The notes beneath the pieces were generated by a model that was not told the DNA's origin, did no database searches, and saw nothing but the letters and a program-made list of their open reading frames with translations. Positions 1 to 8,457 of a stretch of DNA of 30,598 nt are shown one piece after another. Position 1 is the stretch's first letter, and every line of letters starts with the position of its first letter. This stretch comes from Promethearchaeota archaeon (GTDB lineage: Archaea; Asgardarchaeota; Thorarchaeia; Thorarchaeales; Thorarchaeaceae). Both the position numbers and the translations under genes were made by a program. The stretch spans positions 1 to 30,598 of the forward strand of contig WJMJ01000092.1 of the NCBI GenBank assembly GCA_014728035.1, given 5' to 3'.

Positions 1-227
1 AGAAAAGAATTCTGAATTAGTATCTGTTGATTAGTTAAGGTCTTGCTAAAATACGCAACTCCATCTAAATCAGATCCACTTTTTTCAACAGACGAAAGGA
101 TATTATTGGTTGAAAAAAAGTTGGGGTTTTGACTGCTAGCTGCATTATCTGATAACGTAAAGGGTGAGTTAAGTAGTACAAAGAATATAATCACTATTAG
201 GCATGTTCTTTTTCTTATCTTGTCCAC
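1..227 (-). CDS. Partial (N-terminal part only) putative secreted/surface protein, runs off the window edge
   Basis: Manual translation from GTG at 227 is open to the window edge: MDKIRKRTCLIVIIFFVLLNSPFTLSDNAASSQNP. A basic N-region followed by a hydrophobic stretch resembles a signal peptide. Not in the ORF track because it is truncated. Confidence 0.6.
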   Translation of the reverse strand, partial: MDKIRKRTCLIVIIFFVLLNSPFTLSDNAASSQNPNFFSTNNILSSVEKSGSDLDGVAYFSKTLTNQQILIQNSF

Positions 228-405
228 AGTAGCAACCCCACTTGCGTAATTTGTACTTGTCAATTAATTCGAGAAACATTATTTGTTCTTTCTGTTTCGA
301 ATACTTTTACTATTAAAGAATGTTTAAGAAATAACACAATCTAGTATTAAGTAATATTCTTCTCTCCCTATTCGAAATTTCGGATATTCAATTGTGAGAT
401 TCATT

Positions 406-921
406 TTATGTATAATATGAGGGACCTTGGTCGGGTGGTTCAGGAGCCTTGCCCGGAGTCTTACCAGTGGTTTCATTAAGTAGAGCTATGACCATATCAA
501 CTGCAGAATGAAGTCGTCTCATGGTCTGCCAAATCCTATCATTACTAAATGCATCATCATAGATTCTATCCGAAACTACAAATCCAGGTCCGGGTGGTTT
601 TTGACCTCCCTGTCCTTGATGTGGTTTTACGAATCCAAGGTTAATTCCTTGTTCGAAAGCAAATTTCATTGCTTCCATTTGAAACTGCTTCATTTTTTCT
701 CCTGTTAGAACCTTCAGGTGTTGAGGAGAAATCAAGACCTGTGACTCGACTTGAATGAAATTTCGTTCGTTTGGTCTTACTACAGTGAAGAAGAATCTCA
801 TGAATTTTACCTTGAAAACGAACTCTGCACGAGGATTTGTTATGCTTTCAACTTTTGACCCCTCAGCGGAAAACCATTCTCGCACATTGTCTTTAATTTC
901 TTCAGCGGTAAATTCAGTCAT
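406..921 (-). CDS. DUF2299-like archaeal conserved protein
   Basis: 171 aa; the N-terminal 'VREWFSAEG.KVE...P.AEFVF.V' and 'VLISPQH' patterns resemble the DUF2299 family. Confidence 0.6.
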   Translation of the reverse strand: MTEFTAEEIKDNVREWFSAEGSKVESITNPRAEFVFKVKFMRFFFTVVRPNERNFIQVESQVLISPQHLKVLTGEKMKQFQMEAMKFAFEQGINLGFVKPHQGQGGQKPPGPGFVVSDRIYDDAFSNDRIWQTMRRLHSAVDMVIALLNETTGKTPGKAPEPPDQGPSYYT

Positions 922-975
922 CGAGATTACTCCTATATCTGGTAAGTATGACTCTCACTTAATAGTTGTGCAATT

Positions 976-1782
976 CTATGCTTTGATAACCTTCAATCTA
1001 TCATATGCTTGAGGAACTCTATCATGGTATACTGTGATTTGGTTGCGGATACCTTCAATCGCATCAGTATTTCCCACCTCTGAGATTATTCTTTCCTCAG
1101 AGTTCATTCTTGTGAATCGAACTCCCCATGGGTCTACAAATTGTGCATGTCCAAAATAGGTCTTATCATCAAAGGCCCGGCCAACTCTGTTGGTGGCTGC
1201 TATAAAGAACTGATTTTCGATTGCTCTCGCCTTAACTAATGTGTCCCAATGTTCCGCTCTCGGGTCCGGAAAAGCTGCGGGTACTACCATTAGTTCCGCT
1301 CCCGCTAAAGCTAATTTGCGACTGATCTCTGGAAATCTAATATCATAACAAATTTGCACTCCAACTTTTAATCCTTTGATGTCAAACATTACCATTTCAT
1401 TACCACCTTTGAAAACTGCTTTCTCATCTTGAAATGGATGTATTTTCCTGTAAGTTCCCACTGTTTTTCCTGATGGATCTGCTACAATCATTGTGTTGTA
1501 CCATTTTGAACCTACTTTCTCGATACCCGTTGAAACGGTATATGTGCTATGCTCCTCAGCTAGACGTTGCATGAATTCTTCTGTTGGTCCTGGAATTCCT
1601 TGGCCTAATTTCTGGTAATCTTCATGTCGGAATCCGATTGCAAACAGTTCCGGCAATATCATCAATTCGAGTGGATCGTTGAATGGATGATTTTCCAGTA
1701 GACACCAGACTTTATTGAAATTAGCTTCTCTATCGCCTTCTTTGCATGGAATCTGTAGCAAGGTAACACGAAATTCGGTCAT
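976..1782 (-). CDS. Carbon-nitrogen hydrolase (nitrilase/omega-amidase family)
   Basis: Glu-Lys-Cys triad motifs LPELF, YRKIH and ICYDIRFPE, plus the ARAIENQ motif. Confidence 0.92.
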   Translation of the reverse strand: MTEFRVTLLQIPCKEGDREANFNKVWCLLENHPFNDPLELMILPELFAIGFRHEDYQKLGQGIPGPTEEFMQRLAEEHSTYTVSTGIEKVGSKWYNTMIVADPSGKTVGTYRKIHPFQDEKAVFKGGNEMVMFDIKGLKVGVQICYDIRFPEISRKLALAGAELMVVPAAFPDPRAEHWDTLVKARAIENQFFIAATNRVGRAFDDKTYFGHAQFVDPWGVRFTRMNSEERIISEVGNTDAIEGIRNQITVYHDRVPQAYDRLKVIKA

Positions 1783-1819
1783 AGTATTATCCTCTAGGAT
1801 ATAGTCTATTTACCTATCT

Positions 1820-1897
1820 ACCATTTCTTCATTATGGTAGGAATAATCCGCGGATGAAAATATGGGAAAACCTTATGCCTAACCATTTCTTCATTAT
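1820..1897. repeat. 16-bp direct repeat ACCATTTCTTCATTAT (1820-1835 and 1882-1897) in a divergent promoter region
   Basis: Exact copies 62 bp apart. The first sits in the inverted repeat CTACCAT-N9-ATGGTAG (1818-1840); the second runs into a TATA-like TTATATAT. Confidence 0.8.
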
Positions 1898-1932
1898 ATA
1901 TTGGCTTGAGACATTAGAGATGAGGAAACTTA

Positions 1933-3171
1933 GTGATAAAGAGGTTGAACCATCATGAAAGGAGGTTTGGTTTAGTGCAATCTGAGAATGCTGATACTAT
2001 AGACGAGTTTCAAGCATTACAGAAAGTAATTCAATATTTTGCAACAACTACATCCGAGTCTTTTGAAGATGGACTTCTACAGACAATTCTAGAAATCTTT
2101 CAAGCAGATAGTGCTGCGATTGCATCGGTTGAGCAGAATAATATCCTATCATTAGTTTCTGCAGTTGGTTCTCGGTGGCATCATTTACCTCGCAATGTAT
2201 GTCCACTACCTCCTGATGCTTTTGATAGTAAATGGTTTGAAGCATTAAGAAAACGTACTGTTGTATTCTACCAACATACTGGTCATGATGAAGTAGACTC
2301 CCCATTCTATAGTGTTGCTATACCAATCTTTCATCAAGAATACGTTTCAGCCATTTTGGACTTGTGTCGAAAGAGAAAGAATTTCAATGCGCAGGAATAT
2401 CGTATTGCATCAGTAATTGGTCAGCTATTGGGCTATATCTATCATCTTCGCAATTTAAATAATGAAGAAGTAGTCCTCAGAAAACAATCCCAAGATAGTG
2501 CACGTGTTGCTCTTAAGCGAGCACGATTATACTTCAGTGTTTTGAGCCACGACATCCGTAATCATTTGCAAACAATACTGCATACTACTTCATTAATGAA
2601 AGATTATCATGTTGCAAAAGATATCCTACAGCTAATATCCGTTATCGACCATTCTGTCTGGAAAAGTGCAAGAATGATTTCAAGGATTGAACTATCTGAA
2701 CAACTCCAACACGAACCATTGACTAGGCGGTCTCTTATTGCAGCAATTAAGGAATCCGTGAATTATTTGTCAAGGATTTATAGTGACGCATTAGTAGAGA
2801 TTCGTTATCATACAGAATCTGCTGTAGTTCGAGCAAATGACCTACTTGATGAGATGATTTGGAATCTTCTTCAAAATGCGGTTCAACACAATTCCAATCA
2901 AGTGAAGCGCATTTGGATTACAATCGAGCAGGAAAACGATGGCTATCAGGTCTCTATATCCGATAATGGGCCTGGTATTGATGAAGAGGTAATAGACTCC
3001 TTATCTGATACAGAATTGAGGCGGACGGGAATAAGTCTACATCAAAGCTATCAGATAGTTGAAACATATGGAGGCAAACTAGAAATTTCAGAAAGAGTAC
3101 CAGGATCTCCAGAGCAGGGCAGTCTATTACGTATCTGGCTACCAGCAGGTGATAGTCATGCTATCACTTAG
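1933..3171 (+). CDS. GAF-domain sensor histidine kinase (orphan)
   Basis: N-terminal GAF-like region, H-box LSHDIRNHL, N-box NLLQNAVQH, G1 box DNGPGI, degenerate G2 box (TGISL). Alternative start is GTG 1975, downstream of GGAGG. Confidence 0.88.
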   Translation: MIKRLNHHERRFGLVQSENADTIDEFQALQKVIQYFATTTSESFEDGLLQTILEIFQADSAAIASVEQNNILSLVSAVGSRWHHLPRNVCPLPPDAFDSKWFEALRKRTVVFYQHTGHDEVDSPFYSVAIPIFHQEYVSAILDLCRKRKNFNAQEYRIASVIGQLLGYIYHLRNLNNEEVVLRKQSQDSARVALKRARLYFSVLSHDIRNHLQTILHTTSLMKDYHVAKDILQLISVIDHSVWKSARMISRIELSEQLQHEPLTRRSLIAAIKESVNYLSRIYSDALVEIRYHTESAVVRANDLLDEMIWNLLQNAVQHNSNQVKRIWITIEQENDGYQVSISDNGPGIDEEVIDSLSDTELRRTGISLHQSYQIVETYGGKLEISERVPGSPEQGSLLRIWLPAGDSHAIT

Positions 3172-3197
3172 TCTGAAAGAAATCCTCGATAATAATG

Positions 3198-3221
3198 CTT
3201 AATATGCCTCATCGGATGAGG
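3198..3221 (+). promoter_or_regulatory. TATA-like element followed by the palindrome CCTCATC-G-GATGAGG upstream of the por operon
   Basis: CTTAATAT at 3198-3205, then a perfect 7-1-7 inverted repeat at 3207-3221. Confidence 0.5.
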
Positions 3222-3294
3222 TCATGCAGAGCCCACTCTGGATGTGTTCTTGTTGGTCAATGAAGTAAACACAGAGCCTAAGGGAAGAGCCGAT

Positions 3295-3570
3295 ATGCCC
3301 AAGACTTCCTATTCCAAGCCAAGTATAGGTGCTACTGGAAAGACTGGAAGCTGGCGTACATTCGACCCTGTAATCAACTACAAAGATTGTAGCAAATGCA
3401 GGACATGTTGGCTACACTGTCCCGAGGCTGTTATTTCTCTAGAAGATGATGGAACCCCACATATCGATTATGATTATTGTAAAGGGTGCGGAATATGCGC
3501 ACAAGTCTGTCCACGGAAGTGTATAGATATGGTGCGAAAAGGAACCCGCGATGAGGAGGATACCGAATGA
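3295..3570 (+). CDS. porD: Pyruvate/2-oxoacid:ferredoxin oxidoreductase delta subunit (2x[4Fe-4S])
   Basis: KTGSWRTFDPV motif and two CxxCxxCxxxCP clusters (including YCKGCGICAQVCP). ATG 3295 is preferred over GTG 3244. Confidence 0.9.
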   Translation: MPKTSYSKPSIGATGKTGSWRTFDPVINYKDCSKCRTCWLHCPEAVISLEDDGTPHIDYDYCKGCGICAQVCPRKCIDMVRKGTRDEEDTE

Positions 3571-4742
3571 AGACTCAATTAATGAGTGCAAACTACGCAG
3601 CTGCTCGGGCGGTTGTGTCAGCTCGTGTAGAGGTTGTTGCAGCTTATCCAATTACTCCCGCAACAACTGTACCTGAACAGATTGCACTTCTATCTGAAAA
3701 GGGGATATACAAGGGTGAATTCATTCGTGTTGAGTCTGAGCACTCTGCAATGTTCGCTTGTATTGGAGCTAGCTCGACAGGTGCAAGGGCATTCACTGCT
3801 ACTTCTTCAAACGGATTGCTCTTGATGGATGAGGCACTTCATTGGGCTGCTGCAGCTCGATTACCCATTGTTTTAGCAAATATCAATCGCTCAGTATCTC
3901 CAAGCTGGAATATTCATGTTAGTCATGATGATAGCATGTCTAAAAGAGACACTGGTTGGATTCAATTCTATGTGTCTAGTGTTGATGAATTCTATCACAC
4001 ACTCATTCAAGCATTCAAATTAGCGGAAGACGAGCGAGTTTTGATGCCTGCTATGGTAAATGCAGATGGTTTTGTTCTTAGTCATACGGTTTCCAATTAT
4101 GATCATCTTGATGCTGAAGAGGTAGACAAATTCTTACCTCCATATGAACCGCCTCATTGGGTCATGGACCCTGAGAATCCTGTTGCTCATGGAAATATTG
4201 TTTTCCCTGAACACTACCAAGAGTTCAGATACGGAATGCATGAGGGTACTAAGAATTCTCTGAAAGTATATGCTGAAATTGAGGCTGAATACAAGAAAAT
4301 ATTCGGCAAGTATTTTGGTGGACCCATTGAGCATTACCATTGTGATGATGCTGATTATGTCTTAACCTCACAAGGTACTATCGGTGCTGAAGCTAGAGAT
4401 GCAATCGACGAATTACGTGAAGAGGGATACAAAGTAGGTGGTGCTAGAATCCGAATGTATCGTCCCTTCCCTGTGGATCCAATTCGTGAACTTGCAAAGA
4501 AAGTCAAAGGAATCGCTAGTATTGATAGGTCTGTTTCTTATGGATATGGTGGCCCTGTCGCAAATGATATCCGAGCATCACTCTATGCCACTGACTCACG
4601 ACCTCTTGTGAAAAGCTATATTGGTGGTCTTGGTGGTCGAGACATTACGGTTCCAGATATTAAAGAAATACTCCTTGATTTGGTCAAGACTGATGAGAGT
4701 GGAGAAGCTGGTCCTGAGGAGACCTGGCATGATCTGAGGTGA
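3567..4742 (+). CDS. porA: Pyruvate/2-oxoacid:ferredoxin oxidoreductase alpha subunit
   Basis: AYPITP, VESEHSA, FTATSS.GL and GLGGRD motifs; ATGA overlap with porD. Confidence 0.92.
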   Translation: MKTQLMSANYAAARAVVSARVEVVAAYPITPATTVPEQIALLSEKGIYKGEFIRVESEHSAMFACIGASSTGARAFTATSSNGLLLMDEALHWAAAARLPIVLANINRSVSPSWNIHVSHDDSMSKRDTGWIQFYVSSVDEFYHTLIQAFKLAEDERVLMPAMVNADGFVLSHTVSNYDHLDAEEVDKFLPPYEPPHWVMDPENPVAHGNIVFPEHYQEFRYGMHEGTKNSLKVYAEIEAEYKKIFGKYFGGPIEHYHCDDADYVLTSQGTIGAEARDAIDELREEGYKVGGARIRMYRPFPVDPIRELAKKVKGIASIDRSVSYGYGGPVANDIRASLYATDSRPLVKSYIGGLGGRDITVPDIKEILLDLVKTDESGEAGPEETWHDLR

Positions 4743-5653
4743 ATATGATGGTTGCAACAAAAGAGATACCCCTAAAGGAATATGTATTGAAAGGAAATGC
4801 CGCATGCGCTGGCTGTCAAGATATGGTTGCTCTTCGTCACGCACACAAAGCGTTGGGTGGAGATGTAATTCAAGTTGTACCTGCATGCTGTACGAGTGTT
4901 GTCCAATCATTATGGCCAAAGGTCGGAATGAATATTCCAATACTCAACACTGCATTTATGGCGTCGGGAGCTACTGCTTCAGGTGTCAAAGCTGCACTCA
5001 GAGCGAAAGGAAAGGACGATACCACCGTAATGGTTTGGGCTGGAGATGGCGGCACTTTTGATATTGGTCTACAAGCTTTGAGTGGTGCGTTTGAACGACG
5101 TACCGACATGCTCTACGTTTGTTACAATAATCAAGTCTACAGCAATACCGGAACTCAAAGGTCTGGTGCTACTCCGCTGCATGCCCAAACAACTACGACT
5201 TGGTTTGGCAAGACTGAACCTGAGAAAATGTTAGATCTTATCATTGCTATGCATGAGCCTGCCTATCAGGCAACCGCAAACGCTGCTTATCCACGAGATC
5301 TCTATGATAAATTCAAAAGGGCCAAAGAGATTGAGGGGCCTAAATTCATCCACATCTTTATTCCTTGTCCCCAAGCATGGAACTACCCAGTTGAGAAGGG
5401 CGTTGAGGTTGGGAAGCTAGCAGTTGAAACTGGATACTGGATTATGTGGGAGCGGATTGGTGACCAGTTTGAGTTAGGGCGTCACAGTAAGAGGTTTCAA
5501 GATCCAGAAAAGAGAAAACCCATTGAAGAGTTTCTCAAGTTACAAGGCCGATTCTCACGTCTTTTCAAGCCAAAGAAAGACGAAGCAAAAATCAAAGAAC
5601 TCGAGGACTATATCCAACATAAATGGGATATCCTTCTTAAGACCTTTACATGA
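4739..5653 (+). CDS. porB: Pyruvate/2-oxoacid:ferredoxin oxidoreductase beta subunit (TPP-binding)
   Basis: ACAGC, GDGGTFDIG..ALSG...NN..Y.NTG.QRS TPP motif, PCP; GTGA overlap with porA. Confidence 0.92.
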   Translation: MNMMVATKEIPLKEYVLKGNAACAGCQDMVALRHAHKALGGDVIQVVPACCTSVVQSLWPKVGMNIPILNTAFMASGATASGVKAALRAKGKDDTTVMVWAGDGGTFDIGLQALSGAFERRTDMLYVCYNNQVYSNTGTQRSGATPLHAQTTTTWFGKTEPEKMLDLIIAMHEPAYQATANAAYPRDLYDKFKRAKEIEGPKFIHIFIPCPQAWNYPVEKGVEVGKLAVETGYWIMWERIGDQFELGRHSKRFQDPEKRKPIEEFLKLQGRFSRLFKPKKDEAKIKELEDYIQHKWDILLKTFT

Positions 5654-5670
5654 TTTACTAGATTGTGAAC

Positions 5671-5686
5671 GAGAGCTAATGCTCTC
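5671..5686. terminator. Hairpin between convergent genes
   Basis: GAGAGC-TAAT-GCTCTC followed by T-rich sequence, between porB and the 507-aa gene. Confidence 0.45.
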
Positions 5687-5698
5687 CTTCTCATATTT

Positions 5699-7222
5699 TT
5701 ATTTTTCAGATTGCAGAACCAAGTAGGTTATTCCACCCATAAATGCCCCCACAATTCTCTCTGTCCTATTCTCTTCACTCATGACATCATATATTCCCAT
5801 CATGGTGTATCCTTTCACTGCTTCTTCAGCAATGAATCTGCAGACCCAAGGCAGGTCCATAATTAGATGACCCAAGTTTAGATATTCTAGAATTCTGAAG
5901 CAGGTCTCGAAACATAATGCTTCAGTGAATTGATCGGTGTCTTCTTTTAGAATGTCCTTGTTCTTTTTGATTATTGCAGTCATCGACTCAAATACTGGCT
6001 GTAAATCTCTAACCAATTCTCTTCCATCTGCATTTCCAGATTTTCTCATCTTAACTCGTAGTTCCAATGCGTTCAGAGAATCACGATACTTCTTTTCAGG
6101 ACTAACATATGGTTTATGTCCAGATTTTGCCTTTCTTTTAAGCTCTTGAAGCTTTTTGTATAATGTAGCCCCTTTTTCATCTGATTCTAGGATTTCCTTA
6201 GCAATTTTCACTTTCTCATTTTGAATGAATTTGATGAAGTTCTCAAGGTCTTCTAATTTTCCTCTTCCTTTCCTACCCTCTAAAATACCCTCATAGTGTT
6301 CCGCGATCATATCTAATAGAAGCATGATGAAATCGACTTGGGTCATCTTCATCTCTTTTCCTTGGAATGCAACTTCAAAGGTCTTGCAGGCTTGTGCATC
6401 TGTGGTATAGTTTCGAAGCGATTCGAGATAGGATAGTAAATAGTTGCACAATTTACGATTACCAACAATTGGCCAATCGAAAGCAGTCTTATTGCCACTC
6501 CCTTGAATTGAAACTCTAATGAATTCCATAGTCTTTTTTGCATAAATGAATGAAGTTGTCTGTCTTGCAAGCTTTATCTCATCTAGAACCAAAACACGAT
6601 CCAAATCAAGTTCAAAGCAAGATGCTATCATTAGTGTAAGTGAATATAGTATTGGAACTCGATCTTTTTCAGTCTGGCTATTGGGCTCAAAGCCCTCCAA
6701 TATTCCTTCAATAGCGAAAGCTGCGGGGTCCATTCCTCTCCGTTCGAATTCGATGTTTAGCAGGAGTGAAACTTCTTTTCGAGTAGTTCGAGAAGTAATG
6801 ATTTTTGAGACCAGAGTTTCTAACCCTTGGTCTCCGTACTCTCCTGGCAGAACTGTTCTGCTTATTGATACATTTGGAATTGCTGAAAGCCATAAAATCG
6901 AGAGAGCAGAGTTCTTTGCAGCATTAAATACTTCATCTCCAGCATATCCTTCATTTTCAAATATTGGTCTATATCCAACCCATTTGTGAACCATTAGGAG
7001 TTTATCAGCAGTTATATCATCGTTAATCCCTTTTCGAATGAAATGCTCTCTAACAAAACGAAATACAGCAAGGGGAGTTAGTGCATCCTCCGAACCTAAT
7101 TGCTCTTTTGCTTTTTGACGCAATGAATAAGAATCTGTACGTGCTATCTCCTGAATTATTCTATACACAAATGAATATTGGAGATTACTTGCAATCGTCC
7201 TTGCCAGATTAGTTAGTGCCAA
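5699..7222 (-). CDS. Hypothetical protein, probably mostly alpha-helical (507 aa)
   Basis: Long ORF with a TTG start 1 nt after the stop of the upstream gene, preceded by GGAGG. No recognisable motif. Confidence 0.8.
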   Translation of the reverse strand: MALTNLARTIASNLQYSFVYRIIQEIARTDSYSLRQKAKEQLGSEDALTPLAVFRFVREHFIRKGINDDITADKLLMVHKWVGYRPIFENEGYAGDEVFNAAKNSALSILWLSAIPNVSISRTVLPGEYGDQGLETLVSKIITSRTTRKEVSLLLNIEFERRGMDPAAFAIEGILEGFEPNSQTEKDRVPILYSLTLMIASCFELDLDRVLVLDEIKLARQTTSFIYAKKTMEFIRVSIQGSGNKTAFDWPIVGNRKLCNYLLSYLESLRNYTTDAQACKTFEVAFQGKEMKMTQVDFIMLLLDMIAEHYEGILEGRKGRGKLEDLENFIKFIQNEKVKIAKEILESDEKGATLYKKLQELKRKAKSGHKPYVSPEKKYRDSLNALELRVKMRKSGNADGRELVRDLQPVFESMTAIIKKNKDILKEDTDQFTEALCFETCFRILEYLNLGHLIMDLPWVCRFIAEEAVKGYTMMGIYDVMSEENRTERIVGAFMGGITYLVLQSEK

Positions 7223-7223
7223 T

Positions 7224-8414
7224 TCACGAAACCTCCCCTGAGAACAAGAGAGTCAGTATCTGATCTTTTGTTGGACTTGTTCCAAATTCTTTCGAGAGAA
7301 ACCTGAATAGGTCCAAAACCGCTTCTTCAACATCCACCTCTTTTCCTGCTCCAATCAATCTGGTGAATGATAGTCTTCGAAGTTCCATTCCCAAATCTAC
7401 CTCTTGAGGACAGTCGATTCCTGGCCTAGATTCTAAGTTAAGGATAGTCTGGATAACTCCATAGTCCACGTTGATGATTCTACCATTTGGAAACCTCTCA
7501 TTTCTTACATAGATTCTCTGTCGTAGTCTGATGCCTTTAGTTTCAATGTCATGCAACAATGTCATTAATTTCCCTGCTAGAATTGCCCCCGATACATAGG
7601 CCTCCTTAAGATCTCCGACAGGTATACGGTCAGCAAGAGCCAGAGCAACTTCAATCTCTTGCGTTCCTGCAACTTCGTCCATGCTTGTTACCTGTCCTGC
7701 TTTTAGCATAGCACTTTCTGCAATTTCAGAAGAGATATCAATTGTGAATTTTCCCAAAGTGTCAGTAGTCATCTCTACAGTTTGTGTTTTTCCCTCATTA
7801 TCAACGACTATTCCTTTACTGACATCAAATGACCTTACGTCCTCAGGCCGAAAGCTTGGCAAAGTCATACCAAAAATTTCACGTTGGGTCACTTCAATGA
7901 GAATAGCATCAACTGATGCATGTTGAGATGAGCAATAAAACAATCCAGGAAGAAATGCATAAAGATTACCTTTCGACAAATCTTGTTCCATAGACATAAC
8001 CAGATCGAACTCGTCTAACACTTCAGGATGGATTCCATCTTTTTCAATTCTGTCTGAAGCAACAATTGCCTCGTACTGGAGATTATCGGAGTATTCCAGT
8101 AGTGGATCATCATCTGTATCTACAAGCTCTACTGGTTGAAGAACCGTATCGCCGTTTCGAATTAATACGATCCCACTATCTTCGATATCTCCTGTCAAAA
8201 TGTCATATTCTCGTTCGAAGAGATCCTCTCCATGAGCGAGTGGCATGGAAAATCCAACTCCTTTGAAGTATCCAAGGTCTGAAACTCCAATGATCCATTC
8301 TTCTTCTGGAAGAACACTCTCTTGAATTTCGACTAATCGTAGTACTCGCTCTTCTGGTACGTACACTTGCGCATCTCCGCTAAAGTTCGTTATAGGACAG
8401 TCCCAATGCCCCAT
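7224..8414 (-). CDS. Hypothetical acidic protein (396 aa), possibly with a degenerate kinase-like C-terminal region
   Basis: Long ORF, very D/E-rich. 'GKLMTLLHD..GI...N...GRIINVDYG...EVDL' resembles the C-lobe pattern of Bud32/RIO-type kinases but lacks HxD. Confidence 0.75.
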   Translation of the reverse strand: MGHWDCPITNFSGDAQVYVPEERVLRLVEIQESVLPEEEWIIGVSDLGYFKGVGFSMPLAHGEDLFEREYDILTGDIEDSGIVLIRNGDTVLQPVELVDTDDDPLLEYSDNLQYEAIVASDRIEKDGIHPEVLDEFDLVMSMEQDLSKGNLYAFLPGLFYCSSQHASVDAILIEVTQREIFGMTLPSFRPEDVRSFDVSKGIVVDNEGKTQTVEMTTDTLGKFTIDISSEIAESAMLKAGQVTSMDEVAGTQEIEVALALADRIPVGDLKEAYVSGAILAGKLMTLLHDIETKGIRLRQRIYVRNERFPNGRIINVDYGVIQTILNLESRPGIDCPQEVDLGMELRRLSFTRLIGAGKEVDVEEAVLDLFRFLSKEFGTSPTKDQILTLLFSGEVS

Positions 8415-8457
8415 GAAATTACTGATTCAAACTAATATATTCCAATGTGTGATGAAC

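Noticed and set aside
1820-1897. Mini-CRISPR interpretation of the 16-bp repeat pair
   Set aside because: Only two copies, too short for CRISPR repeats, and no cas genes. No CRISPR array was seen anywhere in the window.
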